From contig CM052818.1 of assembly GCA_028534125.1 (NCBI GenBank), forward strand, positions 15,254,001 through 15,318,000: a DNA stretch of 64,000 bases. Reading direction: 5' to 3'. Every line of letters starts with the position of its first letter. The stretch's first letter is position 1. This DNA is from Lama glama. Its lineage: Eukaryota. Below are positions 48,890 to 62,833 of the stretch, one piece after another. Made by a program: the position numbers and the translations under genes. The notes under the pieces were generated by a model. That model was not told where the DNA came from. It searched no databases and saw only the letters and a list, made by a program, of their open reading frames with translations.

Positions 48890-51800
48890 AACAATTTTTT
48901 AAAAATTTGAGATAATTTTAGACTGACATTCAGTTGTAAGAAATGATATAGATGGATCCTCTGTATCCTTTCCCAGTTTCCCAATAATAACATCTTGCAA
49001 AAATTTAGTATAATATAATAACCAGGATATTGACACTGATACAGTCAAGACACAGAAAAGTTGAGCATACATAAAATTGACCCTTTTATAGTCACATCCT
49101 CCTCCCTCCTATCCCATCCCCCTCCTAAACCTCTGGGATCCACTAATCTGTTTTCCCTACCTATAATTTTATCATTTCAAGAATGTTATATAAAAAGAAT
49201 CATATAGTATGTATCCTTTTTGGGATTGACTTTAGCTCAGGAAAATTCTCTGTAGATTTACCCAGCTTTTTGGATGTAACAATAGTTTGTTCCTTTTTGT
49301 TACTGAGAAGTACTCCATCATTGGGAGGTACTATAGTCTGTTTAATCATTCACTCATTGAAGGGCATTTCCAGGTTTTAGCTATCATGAATAAAGCTGCT
49401 ATAAGCATTTCTGTAAGGTTTTTGTGTGAACCGAAGTCTATTTCTCTGGAATGAATGAATGAATCCTATATCCTTGATGACATATAATGCAGAGTATGTT
49501 CTCATATGCTTATTTGCCATCTGTACATCTTTTTTTAGTGAGGTGTCTTTGGATTTTTGTTCCTTTTGAGATTTGAAAGTTCTTTATATATTTTATACAG
49601 TAGTCATCTTTTTTTTTTCCTTTTTAATATGTGGTTTGCACATATTTTCTCCTAGGTTATACCTTGTCTTTTCATTCTCTTTCCCAGGGTCTTTCACAGA
49701 GTTAATATTTAGTCAAACTTGCCAATTTTTTCTTTTATGGATTGTGCTTTTGGTGTTAAGTTGTAGAAATCTGCCTAACTTTTTCTCCTGTTTCTGTCTA
49801 AATGTTGTATAGCTGTATTTTTTATACTTAAGTCTGTGATCCATTTGGAGTGAATGTTTGTATAAGGGATAAGACCAGTCAAGATTTTTTTTTTTTGCCT
49901 TCGGATGCACTTTTTGTTGAAAAGACTACCTTTTCTCCATTGAATCATTGAATTCTTTTTGCACCTTTGTCAATAATCAGTTGGGTATTTTTGTGTGGGT
50001 CTATTTCTGGGTTTTCTGTTTTGTATCATTGATGTATGTCTGTCCCTTTGGCAACATCACACAGTCTGGATTAATGTAGCTCTATGATAAGTCTTAAAAT
50101 CAGTTGGACAGATTTCTTCCACTTTATTCTCTTTTTTCAAAATTGCTTTAATGATTCTAGTCCCTTTACCTTTTCATATACATTTTACAGTAACCTTGTC
50201 TATATCTACAAAAATCTTGCTGAGATTTTGATAGGAATTGCCTTAAATCTGTACATTAATTTGGGGGAAAATTGACATCTTTACTACTTTTGAGTTTTTG
50301 AATCCAGGAACACATGATGTCTTTCTGTTTAGCTACTCTTTGAGCTCTTTCATTAGTGTTCTGTAGTTTTCAGCATACAAGTCTGTTTGTATTTAGACTT
50401 GCACTTAGCTTATTATTTTTGGTGATTGTAAGTGGTATTTTAAATTCCATTGTCCACATGGTCGTTCCTAGTATATTGACATGATGTTGATTTCTGTATA
50501 TTTATCTTGTATCCTGTGATCTTACTGAACTCATTTATTTGTTCTAGGAGGTTTTGCTTTTCCTTTTGTCTGTAAATTTCTTGGAATTTTCTATATATAC
50601 AATCAAATCATCTGCAAGTAGGGGCAGTTTTACTTCTTCCTTTCTGCTCTGTGTGCCTAATGACTAGAACTTCACTATAGTGAGGAGGAGCCATGAGAAT
50701 GGGCATCCTTACATTGTTCCCAATCTTAGGAACAAAGCATTTCGGTCTTTCACCATTAAGTATAATGCTTATTGTAGACTTTTTGTAGATATTCTTTATC
50801 AAGTTGAGAATGTTATCCTCTATTCCTAATTTTCTGAGAATTTATATTATGATTATTAATAATGAGTGTTGAATTTTATAAAATGCTTTTAGTCTTCTTT
50901 TTTTTTATTCAGCTTAGATATAATTGAATTATATCTCAAATACTTTTTCTCCATTGAATTATGTGATCATTATGGGTTTTCTTCTGTCGCCTGTTTATAT
51001 GGTAGATTACATTGATTAGTTTTCAAATATTGAATCAGCCTTACATTTCCCTGTAACTCCCACTTGGTCTTGGTGTTTGATTCTTTTTATATTTTGTTAC
51101 ATTCTATTTTCTAATAAAATTTACTCATGGATTGTTTTTAAATGTGTTCATTAGTTTCTAGTGTTTCAAGATTTTCCTGTCATCCTTCTCCTGATTTCTA
51201 ATTTGGTTTCGTTGTGGTTAGAGAGCACAGTTTGTATGATTTTAGTTCTCTTAACTTAGTTGAAGGTTGTTTTATGACTGAGTAAATGGTCTATTTTGGG
51301 CCATGGTCACTGGAAGATAATGTGTGTTCTGCTTTAGTTGGGTGGAGTGTTCTATAAATACTGATTTGACTCTGTTGGTTGATGGCATTGTTGAGGTCTT
51401 CTGTATCCTTGCTACTTTTATGTCTAGTTGTCCTTTCAGTTATTTAGAGGAGTGTTGAACTATCTAACTATAATTGTGGCTTTGTCTATTTCTCCTGTTA
51501 GTTTTGTTAGTTTTTGCTTCATGTGTTTTTTTTAGCTCTCTTGTTTGATGCATACACATTTAGGATTGGTATGTTTCCTTAGTGGATTGACACTTTTGTC
51601 ATTAAATAATGTCTCTATCTTTGGTAATTTTCTTTGCTCTGAAGTCTACTTTATTTGATATTTATATAGCCACTTGTGCTTCCTTTTGATTAGTGTTTTT
51701 ATAATACACGTTTTTTCCATTCTTTTACTTTCAACTTGCCTATAATGCTATATTTGAAGAGAATTTCTGCAGAAATTAACAATTAGAGATTGACAGCATA

Positions 51801-52390
51801 TAGCTGAGCCATATTTTTTAATCCACCCTATCAAATTATATCTTTTAATTGGTATATTTAAGCCATTTATATTTAATATAAATTATTGATATGTTAGGGT
51901 TTAAGTCTGCTGCTTTACTTTTTGTTTTGTTTGTTCTTTTTTTCTGATTTTTCTCTTTTATTTTTGATGCCTTCACATATTTACTGGAACATAGAATTCC
52001 ATTTTGATTCATCTGACAGTGTTTTTGAGTGTATCTCTTTATATATCTTTTACTGGTTGTTCTAGATACAACATTATATATGCAAAACTTATCACATTCT
52101 ACTTGTCATTTTACAAGTTTAAGTGCCCTATAGAAATCTTACTTCTTTTTACATTTTTATCCTCCCTTGTTTATGATATATAAAAATAACTGTATTATAG
52201 ATTAAATAATTATTATATAATTATTAGTAATTAAATTACCTTAAATTGTTCTTTTATATACATTTAGGACCACATCATATAGTTATAATTTTTGTTTCAA
52301 CCGTCAAACATAATGTAGAATTTTAGAAGAGAAGGAAGATCTGTTGTATTTACCTATGTTTTTGCTTACCATGTTCTTTATTTATTCCTA
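48890..52390 (-). mobile_element. Long L1MC/MD-type LINE relic (3' UTR, ORF2, with deletions)
   Basis: T-rich antisense L1 text: cagttgtaagaaat...aaccaggatattgacactgatacagtcaag; tgtgggtctatttctggg; tcatctgcaa; ctttcaccattaagtata. Confidence 0.9.
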
Positions 52391-52399
52391 GTTGTTTTA

Positions 52400-52620
52400 A
52401 TTTCCAGTTGTTATAATAAGTCACCACAAATTTACTGGAATAAACAACACAGATTTACTGTCTTATAGTTCTAGAGGTCAGAAATTTGAAATAAATTTCA
52501 CTGGATTAAAATCTGAGGTATAAGTAAGGCTGCATTTTTTTTCTCAAGCCTCTTGACAAGAATCTGTTTCCTTGATTTTTCTAGTTTTTAGAAGCTACCT
52601 GCATTTCTTGGCTTGTTTTG
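52400..52620 (-). mobile_element. MLT1A-D-type LTR fragment
   Basis: caccacaaattta...aaacaacacagattta...tcttatagttctagaggtcagaa...gaatctgtttccttg. Confidence 0.8.
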
Positions 52621-53479
52621 TCTTTCCAATCTGGCAAGATTCAACTTTAATATTTTCTTGTTTTCCCCCACCCAAGTTACCATCCAAGTTAGGATCTGTA
52701 ATGCTGGCTAAAAATTCCCAGGTAGATAGCTATGAGTGTTACTTTATTGTCACTTTCCCTAGAATTCGGTCCCTCCAGTTATGATCAGTGATACTTACAT
52801 CACTAGCTCCTGAGTCATAGTTGATCTCTATGTGTTTTAGTTCCTACAGTAAGATTTCTGTTGTTGTGGTGGGTTTTTTTTCCTGTTGTTCTTTTGTTTT
52901 TAGTCTTGCTAACCTGTTTTTCTGTACCTACAATATAGACTAATATATGTGGATGCATCTCCCTGATGATACCCATCTGTTGCTGTGACTCCTGATTATC
53001 TAGCCATGGTGCCATTTCTGTGCACTACATCCGCCTGCTGGGACCCTAGCTTTTCCCTTGAAATGCTGCAGGCTTCAATGTATCTTGAACATGACTGAGC
53101 TTTCTATGCCTTTTGAGCATTTCCTTACTCCCACTGTGCAGGCACTATCTTGCTCCTATAGTTGAATTTCATCTAACATAGAATTTTAAATTTAAGTGAA
53201 AATGGAAAAAAATCTTGCCAAGAAAGCACTAAGAAAGCTAATTCAGCTCCATCAGTTTTTATGGTTAGTGTCCTAAACATGGCATATTCCTGTGGTACAG
53301 AGGCTCTGGTATCCTGTGCCATTCTGTGCCATTGTTTAGCTCATACATTAGTTCACATTTTGTTTTTAGTTTAGACTTTCACATTTGGCGTTAGAGTTTG
53401 AGTTGATAATTTTCATTGCTGATAGTCACTGTGCCATTTACTCAGGCAGCCACAGAATGTGAAGCAACAATAAACCTTC

Positions 53480-53712
53480 ACCTCTGGAGTCAGACTTTCC
53501 AGGTTGAAGCTTGCTTCCATCAATTACTGACAGTGTGAACTTGGGCAGTGATTTCGTCTCTCTAAGCACATTTATTATCATAAACTTGGAATAACAATAA
53601 TGGCATTTGTATGTTAGATTTTTAATGAAGCTTCAATACTGTATATAAAGGTAACTAGCACTATTTTGCCATGTTATGACTTCTTAATAGATGCTATAAT
53701 TTTTTATTATGT
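53480..53712 (+). mobile_element. MIR SINE
   Basis: ctctggagtcagac...gtgtgaacttgggcag...ctctctaagc. Confidence 0.7.
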
Positions 53713-53929
53713 ATTTATAGCAAAAATGGAAACTTAGAATTCTGGCTAAGCTTAACACTATCAGTTAATCTTACCAGTCATTAAGATTTGATGAATTTTA
53801 TATTTATCAAAAAACTAAAGAGGTCTGTTTATTAACTGTCCACTACACACCTAAAGGATAGTTTTCTATAAACAATGAACTTACTTATTGATTATAAGTT
53901 GCACATGGAACTTCACTTCCAAAACCAAG

Positions 53930-54099
53930 CATAGATGTGGCTCTTAGAGTGCATCACCAGGGAAGGTAACAGAAATGCATGTTCCTGGGCTCCTCTCCTG
54001 ACCTCCAGAATCAGAAGCTTTGGGCGTGAGGTCCAGTAAGCTATGCTTTAACAAGCCCTGCAGGGGATTCTGATGCCCAGCCAAGTTTGAGAACCACTG
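53930..54099 (+). mobile_element. MER5A
   Basis: gaatcagaagctttggg...tttaacaagccctgcaggggattctgatgc...aagtttgagaaccactg. Confidence 0.85.
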
Positions 54100-54879
54100 T
54101 TAGATTAAGGGCTGAACTGCACCATGCAATTCCTGTCTCATTGTTCTTGCTGCAGTGTTCAGTCTTTTTCCTGCTCATCATATACTGTTAGTTGATTAGG
54201 AAATTAAAAGGCCCAGCATAGAATTAAATGTTAGATTTAGGGGGAAAAATTTTTTTAATCTAAAGGCAGGGAATAGCTAATGGCTGAAGCAAGCAACCAC
54301 CTCTCCTGTGAATAATTACTGAAATTGCCTTATTTCGTTTGATTATAGGCTTTTCTGTTCGAAAGCAACAACCAAGGCCTCAGGATCTTTATTTTCCTTC
54401 CTTGGAAATAATCCCTGAGAAACCAGGATTTCTTAGTGTCTATGACTGTCTTGTGGATTGTTACTTTAAGGAGCCTCTTAATTTAATCTTAGTATAATCC
54501 TTTTTTTTTTCTTTCTCTCTCTCTTTTTTTTTTTTTTTGGTTAGTGCTTCAATGCTTATTTCAACACATGAATGTAATTAGAGTGACTACTTAAACGCAT
54601 TTTCAGTACAGCTTGGGCAGTTGTAAATATGATTTCATTTATTCTGAACAGATAATTTCTGGATAAAAATAATTCAGTTGCTAAAAGCTATCATTGTTAT
54701 GTTTTCACATTTTTTAGCATACAAAGTGAAGCATAAATATCATATAAAATTGAGAATGGAAATATGGAAATACTGAATCTTAAGTAAACTGAATATATGA
54801 AGTCTCAAGAAACAGCATGTTCTTTCCATTTACTTATATGGAAATCCTAGTGTGTTGGAAAACCCAAGGAGACGATTAC

Positions 54880-55080
54880 CTTTAGGGCAGACAGACCTGC
54901 ATAACATCAGCTCTGCTACCTTCTTGCCTTGGAATTTGGGTAAGTTTTTTTTTTTTAATATCCCGAAACTCTGATTCCTCATATTTAAGATGAAGACAAG
55001 AAGATGTGGTTGAGGATTAAGTGAGATAATTTAGGTAAAGAATCTGGCGTAGGGTAAGAGTTCAAGAAATACTGTCAGTA
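54880..55080 (+). mobile_element. MIR SINE
   Basis: cagacagacctg...ttgggtaagtt...ttcctcat...gaggattaagtgagataat. Confidence 0.7.
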
Positions 55081-55499
55081 TGTCTGAAGCATTTTGTACA
55101 TTATGTAGTTTGGATTTGCATTTAGTCATCTTTGTCACTGATAAGGCAGTTTATATACATTTTCATTTCTTATTCCTTGTTTGAGTCTTTCAGTTTTTCT
55201 GTGAGGTATATAGATCTCTTTATCAGTTTTTTTTTCTTCTAAGTGTTTAATGATACCGGTTCCTAGATCTGACACTACTTCTTTATGAAGCTTACAGATG
55301 TGTAGAATCAGATCAAGGCGTGATTGATTTTGGAGGCCATCTAGTTCAAGCTCCTCCTTAAACAAATGAAGAATCTGAGGCCCTGACAGGGAAATGACAT
55401 ACCCAGGGCCTCACAGCCAGTTGCTGGCATGAAGTTATCTGTTCTGTATTAGTTGATAACCATTAGGTGGCAGGGAGAAACAGATCTTCTCAAACGTCC

Positions 55500-55955
55500 A
55501 GTGCCTCCTTAGTTTGTCTCATGAGACCCAGTGTGGCCTCCTCTTACCTCCGGCCTCATCTTGACTGCATCCTACCTCACGCTTGGTGACTCTGCAGTGT
55601 GCAGAATACCGAGGGTTTCCTTTACTCCAGCTCTGCTGACGTTATCTTCTTTGCCTGAAAGACCCTTTCCACTCTTCCCTATTTCCAGCTCATTCATTCT
55701 AACTGTGAATCACAGAACAGGAGTCCGTGAAGCTCCCACAATCCTATCCCCACCTCCCACCCCCACACACCCCAGGACCTCCCAGGCTGTGCGAGTCCAC
55801 ACTGTGTTATAATTATAATGATAGGTTGCTGTGTCTGTCTCACTGTGTTACAAAACTCTCAAGTGCTGGGAACATGCCTTATTTATTTCTCTATTTTCAG
55901 TATGCAGTGTAGGGTTTGACACATTTTATGTGTTCAGCCAATGCTTGTTGAACTG
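55500..55955 (+). mobile_element. L2 LINE 3' region
   Basis: gtggcctcctcttacctccggcctcatc...gtctgtctc...aatgcttgttgaa. Confidence 0.6.
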
Positions 55956-56199
55956 AGCTATTGTTTGGCTTCTGTGAATTGTATTTTGAATTACCATTAT
56001 TTATGTATCCTTGTGATCTTCTCTAGTCTAATACTTTCAGACCTTAATTCCCCTGACTCAAGGTTTATTTCTACAAGTAGCTACAAAAATGGGACCTATG
56101 GTCCAGAGACCTGAGTTCTCCAGCTTTGCCACTTGGAAGTTACATGAATACAGAACACGTATAAGATCTCAGTTCCTCAGTTTTCTTTTGTTCTTTCTT

Positions 56200-57070
56200 T
56201 CTCAAAATTTTTTGTTGTGGCAAAAAATAACCCACAGACAGAAAAATGCATAACATGTAGATTTACCATTAACAGACTGATACAATGTAAATACCCCTGT
56301 CTCCAGAACTAAGGCTGGGGAAGAGCACTGCCAGCCAGAAGCGACCCTCTGTCCTTGCCTGATCACAACGCCTCTCTCCACACTAAAGGTAACCTTGATT
56401 CTGACCTTATTGATAATTACTTCATACTTTGTTTTAGTAAGTTTGCATTCTTAGAGACTTTAGATCAGTTTTGCCTCTTTTAGTACTTTATATAAATGGA
56501 AACATATATTGGACATTATTTAGTGTATGGCTGGTGTATAGAAATGTAATTGACTTTTTAAATTGTGGTAAAAAAAACCAGAAAAAATTTACCATCTCTG
56601 CCATTTTTATGTGTACAGTTTCACATTGCTGTGAAACAGATCTCCAGAACGTTCATTATGAAAATCTGAAACATCATGCCCACCAGGTTCCCTTTCCCGC
56701 TCTTCCTTAGTCCTTGGTAATCACCATTCTACTTTCTGTTTCTCGGAATTAGATTACTTGAAATGCCTCATGTAAGTGGAATTATACAGTATTTATCTTT
56801 TTGTGACTGGCTTATTTCACTTAGCATAATGTAGCATGTGACAGGATTTCCTTCCTTTTAAAGGCTGAGTAATATTTCATTGTCTGTATATTGTTTATAC
56901 ATACATACACATTTACACATATACATATACATTTTTGTTTATCCTTTCTTCTATGGATGGACATTTGGATTGCTTCCACCTCCTGGCTATGGTGGACATG
57001 AGTATGCAAATAATTCGTTGAGATTCTGCTTTCAGTTCTTTTGGATGTATACCCAGAAGTGGAAACTTTA
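56200..57070 (-). mobile_element. Adjacent L1 3' fragments (L1ME-like, then L1MA/MB-like)
   Basis: tactttatataaatggaa; aaatttaccatct...gatctccagaac...cctcatgtaagtggaattatacagtattt...gactggcttatttcacttagcataatgt. Confidence 0.8.
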
Positions 57071-57352
57071 ATCACTTTCTTGGTATGGTTTAGTTCTGTA
57101 GTTTCTGTAAAAGTAAGTTTTAAAGATCAGAATAGTCCTGACCACAAATTTATTGATCAGTGTGATGATCCACTTGCTGGCAGTTAGGGTGCGGTGAAAT
57201 CAGCTCTTAGCTGGATTTCAGGCAGCAGAGAAGGCTAGGATTGGCTGTCACTTTCAACCTTGATGAGCTGTGGAAATAGACAGCAGAGATACTGGGGAAA
57301 ATTAGGGAGATTTGAGGTCGCAGAAATTATTCGAAGAACAGAAGGGCTAGGG

Positions 57353-58668
57353 CTGCTGTTCTTAAGTTGTAGCTCACAAACCCATTGGGGTCCCAGAGAC
57401 CCTTTCAAAAGGTTTGTGAGGTTAAGACTACTTTTGTAATAATCCTGAGATATTTGTCATTTTCACTGTGCTGATATTTCCATTCATGGTGTAAAAGGAA
57501 TGACAGAACTGTTGCTGCCTTATTACACATCAAGGCAGAGGCTTTAAACTGTGTTCTCCGCCACCATAAGGCACTATTACAAGGAGAAGCGACAGTCCTC
57601 AGTGAAGCAGTAAAAAATACTAGTTTTATTGAATTTTGATCCCTGAATACATATTTTTTAATATTTTGTGTTAAAAAATGGAGTGTATGCATAAAGCACA
57701 CCGAACTATGATAGTTTAGGAAAAACATTTGTGTGGTTGAGTTGCCAGCTGAAGTAGCCACTTATTTATGGAACACCATTTTTACTTGAAAGAATTACAA
57801 ACTATGGTTATTCAGACTTGTGCATTTGGTGGACAGTTATTTTCACAAAAATGAATGAAGTGAGGCTGTTTCTTTAATACACAACACCCAAAATTTATTA
57901 CCAGTGATGAAATTTAAGACTTCAAGTGAGAATGAGAATTTTGGAAAACTTGTGTTTGTCACTGTGAGCTTTCCCAGTAATTGAAGATTTTTGATGAGCT
58001 CAGTGATATATTGATGAATTTAATTTTTTGATACTGTATGATAAAAGGTACCAACAGTTGGAAGACCAAATAACTCATGTGCCAATATTTTCCAAATGAC
58101 CAAAGCATGATATTCATAATCGTGCATGCATAAAAAACTCAGTCAAAGCACAAGCTAGATCAGTGATTTTAACATAACAGTATGAAAAATTAATTGATAC
58201 AGCTCCAAATTTCACACTGCAGCTAAACTTTAAGAAATAAAGTTGAGTATATATAAAAATGTAATATCCAAAATCATGTGGAAAGGCTATTAAAATACCC
58301 CTCCCCCTTTCAACTAAATATCTGTATAAGGTTTTCACCATATCTTTTAACCAAAAGAGCATTGTGCAATAGGTTGAGAATCCAGTAGTCTCCTATAAGC
58401 CTATTATTAAAAGATATTTGCAAAAATGTGAGACAAAGCCTTCTCACTACTTTTGTGTTTCAAATATAAAGCTACTTTTTACAAAAGTATTTGTTATAAC
58501 CTGTCGTGAGTTATTATAGCTATTTCCAAATAAATTATTAAATAGATTTAAAATTCCAAATATAATAAATATCAATATATGTAACCTACAAAACCAAGCT
58601 CTTTTTGGTTGTTAATAACTGTTAATAATGTAAAGTGGTCCTGAGACCAATATAAATGAGAACAGCTA
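57353..58668 (+). mobile_element. Charlie1a (hAT DNA transposon, non-autonomous), near full length
   Basis: Termini ctgctgttcttaag / tgagaacagcta; 8-bp TSD ggctaggg / gcctaggg; transposase relic tgaagcagtaaaaa...gagttgccagctgaagtagcc. Confidence 0.9.
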
Positions 58669-59999
58669 GCCTAGGGAAAACAATATATTTCTGTTCCTTA
58701 TTCTTTTCCAGATAGTCCCCTGTATGCTCCAAAATTCTGAGAACCCTGGCTAGCCCAGGGCAAAGATTGTGTGGACATACAGTTTTGGACATTTAGAATG
58801 GTAAACACCAAGCTTCTTTTGTGTATGTGCAGAAAACATGCAGAACAGATATTATGGGTCACTGTGGAGCTTTTGTCAACTGTGTATTTCCTGGAGCCCA
58901 CTTGGAAATAAGACCCTGCTCTGTGGCAGAGGACATGGTGAAGGTGATCAGGCTCACTTAGATTGTCCAAGTGACTTGATTTATCACTAGGAATTTATAC
59001 ATTTATGCAGACATCTATGTCTGTTTTCAAGTTTTTTTAGGGAAAATGTACTTCTTTGCATCCTGCCAAAGCAGTTCTCGGTATTTTCTCATCTAGGTAG
59101 CGTTATCTCTAATACGCAAGGAAATTCATCCACTTCATTTTCCTTCTTGGTTTTCAGATATCACAGCACCTGGGCAGAGGTTTGACCTTCTGTTCTTTTC
59201 CCTCAGGAGTCCTGGTTTTGTGTTTAACCACCTTTCAGGCAAAGTATATTTTTGGTTTTGGCTTGAAGAATTTTTTAGATGCACCCAAAAAATTCCCTGG
59301 AATATTTCATGAGTGTTAGACAGGTGGATCATGCTTTTTATTTCTTGAATACATAAAAATGTGATAAAACTGAATGTGATGTACTCGTCCTAAATCTGAA
59401 GTACTGATAAGATGGTAACTAGCACATAGATAATGAATCTCACAATTCTACTCACAAATTCACAGTTCATTAAAGGGTCTATATCTGGATCATTATTTAA
59501 GGTCTGTGTTAAGTTTAAATTCTCCCTCTGGCCATTTTTTGACAGCCTTCCTGATATATCAAGCTATATATTTCCGTAGCTGACACTTAAAATCCCGTAG
59601 AAAGAAACTTGGAGAAATGAATGGGAAATACAGTCAGTGTGTGAATGAAATATTGGTGTAAACAAACACAGAATATGTCTATTATCCACAACTTTCTGAG
59701 ATTTAAAACAGAAGCTTTGGACTAATACAAAAAATTCTAAGATTCAGAGTTAACCATGTGGGTTTCACTGTTTGAGAAAATTGAAGATATCGATCTAGTT
59801 ATGTGCTTATTAATATAAGCTATTGAAATTATTAGCTATCTGCAAGTTTAAAACATAGATTTGAAAAATTTCTACACTTAAAACCTGTATTTTTGGGCAT
59901 AATTTCCACATCTAACACCTACATTTCTTGTACCTATAAGACCTTTCACAGGAACCCAGATAAATACTTTCTACCACTTCAAATCTTTTAATTATTTAA

Positions 60000-60710
60000 A
60001 AATGCTGCATGAAACCTTTATGAAATGGTCTTTCCATCCCTCCGGTGCAGTCTTTCCCCACTCCTCAGGGTATACCCAATATTTCAGCCCTGTTGAACTC
60101 TTTAAAATATCTTAAACACACCATTTTTTTGCTTTATATAAAAATCTACTTCATAAACATTGCTCCTTCTGTCCGCGATGCCCCACATGTTTTTCTTCCT
60201 AGCTAACATCTAATCATTTTTCAAAATAATGATAATAACACCTTATATTTATGTGCACTTAGTATGAATAAGGTGCTGTTCTAAGCACTCATACATACTC
60301 TAACTCATTTGATCCTCACAACCGCTCTGAGATAAGTACTATTATTGCCCCCATTTTAAAGAAGAGGAAACCGAGACATAAAGAGGTTAAATGACATAGT
60401 TAAAGGTCACCGAACTCATAAGTGGTGGAGTGATGATTTGAACCCAGGCTGTATGGCTCCAGAGTCCACACTTTTAATCACTGTATAATACTGTCACCTT
60501 TCCTAGAAAGACTTCTAATGATGTATATGGGAAGAAAAAAAAGCTTTCATTTTTGTTCCACGTTCATCCCTTGGTTATAGCTCTTCTTACACTGCTGCAA
60601 TGATTTCCTTTACATTAGACAGTGAAACTGTGAAGAGCAGGAATTGTACTTTATTCAACTTTGTATCCTTAATAGATTACCTGGAGGAATGCTTGTTGAA
60701 TAAATGAAGC
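60000..60710 (+). mobile_element. L2 LINE 3' region interrupted by a MIR
   Basis: tgctccttctgtcc...tgtcacctttcctagaaagactt...ttagacagtgaa...aagagcaggaa...tgttgaataaatgaa. Confidence 0.65.
60228..60490 (-). mobile_element. MIR SINE, near full length
   Basis: ctgttctaagcact...aactcatttgatcctcacaac...cccatttta...gaggaaaccgagacataaagaggttaa...gatttgaacccagg...ggctccagagtcc. Confidence 0.9.
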
Positions 60711-60715
60711 GGCCT

Positions 60716-60859
60716 GGGGGAAGGGTACAGCTCAGTGGTAAAATGTGTGCCTAGCATGCATGAGGTCCTGGGTTTAATCCCCAGTACTGCCATTAAATAA
60801 ATACATAAACCTGATTACCTCCCTCCCGCCTCCCTACCCCCCCTCCCCAAATAAATAAA
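60716..60859 (+). mobile_element. Vic-1-like camelid tRNA-derived SINE, full length
   Basis: A box cagctcagtgg, B box ggtttaatccc, A-rich tail; TSD aataaatgaagcggcc (60699-60714) / aataaatgaagtgtcc (60860-60875). Confidence 0.9.
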
Positions 60860-62833
60860 AATAAATGAAGTGTCCAGTTGGAAAAAAAACATTAAATATG
60901 GCTTTCCTTCTTTGAAATTTACTCCTAGAACTCTGAATACTTTTACAGACAGATTTTTGGCAAAACTGCACCTATCTTTTCTGGGTGGATTTATTAGCAG
61001 AACTGAAGAAGACGAGGATCCGCCACAATTTATGAATGTTAGAATGACAGAACTGGAAGCAGTCGTAGAGGGCAGAATGTCACTCCCCCCCCCCTTTCTT
61101 TCTTTCTTTCTTTTTTTTTTTGGTGAAGAAACTGAGCCAGCCCAGTGAAGAGACTTGCCCAATATCAGATTTTTTAGCAGGGTGGGGATTAGAATCTGGT
61201 CTTTCCTGAGTCCCCAGAAAATGTGAAACTTCTTAAGCTTTCCATTTGTGAGTTAGATTCGCATTCTCAGGTTCTGTGCTCAGGGCAATTTTGACCTCAG
61301 CAGTGAAAGCAGTATGTACATTTTTAGAAAATAGTGCTGAAGGATTGGCTATTTCTCTACAGGTCAAACCTGCTTTGTTAAAATTTTCCCTTCTGTCAAG
61401 CAAGTTCCTAATTTACAAATGAATTTCTTTTTGATTACACAGAAGTGCTTCCATGCTACCTCATTAAAGATGGATTTTTCTCTCTTTTAAATTTAAATAT
61501 AACTAGAAGATGAGCTGCCAAAAACCTGAAATGCTGTTACAGAAGCAGATTTCTTTAAATTCAGGTTAAAACAGAAAATGCAACTTAAAAAAAAAAAGCT
61601 TTTATTCAAGCTACCATTTATAATTAATTTTATTAAAGTCTTCACTAATAGGGATACTACTGGCAGCTAAAATATTTCTGTAAGGATGTGGGAAGAGTAG
61701 AAGAAACGGGGTGGTAAGGGAGGAAAGCCTGGGAGAACTTTCTGTCCGTGCTGAAAGGAAAAGTATTGAAACAATTTGTAAATTTAGTCAGAGCGTAGAC
61801 TGGAAAGTATTATTTGAAAAGCTACCCTTGTTTGTTGTCTTTGAAGGCCATGGTCAGTAGTGTCTAGAGAGGTTCAACATAACTTGATTAGAATTGGCAA
61901 AGGTATGACTTAAAAGAATTAAAATACTAATGGGCTGTTCAAATACAGATGAGAGTTGAGTCGTGGTATAACTCCTCCTCTTACCATTGAAGATCCAAAA
62001 GGCTTAACCTTAAAAGTTTGTTAGGTTTTGATGCAATGGGAGAACCGCTTCTCTAAGCCTAAAATATCTGAAGAGTGTTCAGATTCCTTACAAAAATCTG
62101 TAAATATTAAATCAGAGAAGAGAATAAAGTAAATTGTAATGTAAATCCCCAATTTTTATGCTCCTGTGCACATATTCCAGGTTCAGTGAAAAAGAGGCAA
62201 AAACATTTTCCTTCTGTGTTCATTAAAATAACACCTTTGTTGGAGGACACAACCATTCCGAGTGGAAATCCACTCCTCGAATTGGGATTTGCGGTACATA
62301 AGATATCTCTGTCACTTGAATTATGTAATGCTGTGGATTTTTAAAAGCTTTTCATCCTTCTTTAATTTCTGTTTTCTGACGTAGATAGAATTGGAGTCCA
62401 TTTTGGGACAAACCTGGTCTTTATTTCAGTGGAGGGTCTGCCTATGGGAAATTCTTACTCCAAATTATTTGAACAAGTCAGGATTATAATTTTAGTGCAG
62501 TCTCCTTGCCTAGGGACATGAGATGCTACTTTCAGAAATGCTTTTGGAAGCTACCATTTGAAGGAAGGATTGGGGTTTTCCTGGTGTACTGTATTCCTAA
62601 AACAGGCAGAAATAAAGAAGAGATACTCTTGTGGGCACATGCAGGAAATAGGCAAAAGTGAATGAATCTTGTGGATTTTAGAAATAATGCAAACTCATTT
62701 GGATTTTTTGAGTACTTTCTAACCCTAAATGGTTTGCATTGAGTCAGAGAAGTATGGGAACCAAAATGAGGAATAGCCATGTGGGAACCAAAGGAAGAAA
62801 CTAAAAAGAACCGAACTAGGAATCAATACATAA

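Noticed and set aside
51762..51777. 16-bp perfect palindrome aatttctgcagaaatt
   Set aside because: Short, inside a decayed L1, and compatible with chance or a local template switch.
60716..60795. tRNA gene
   Set aside because: This is the tRNA-derived SINE head: no paired acceptor stem, and it is followed by a SINE tail and TSD.
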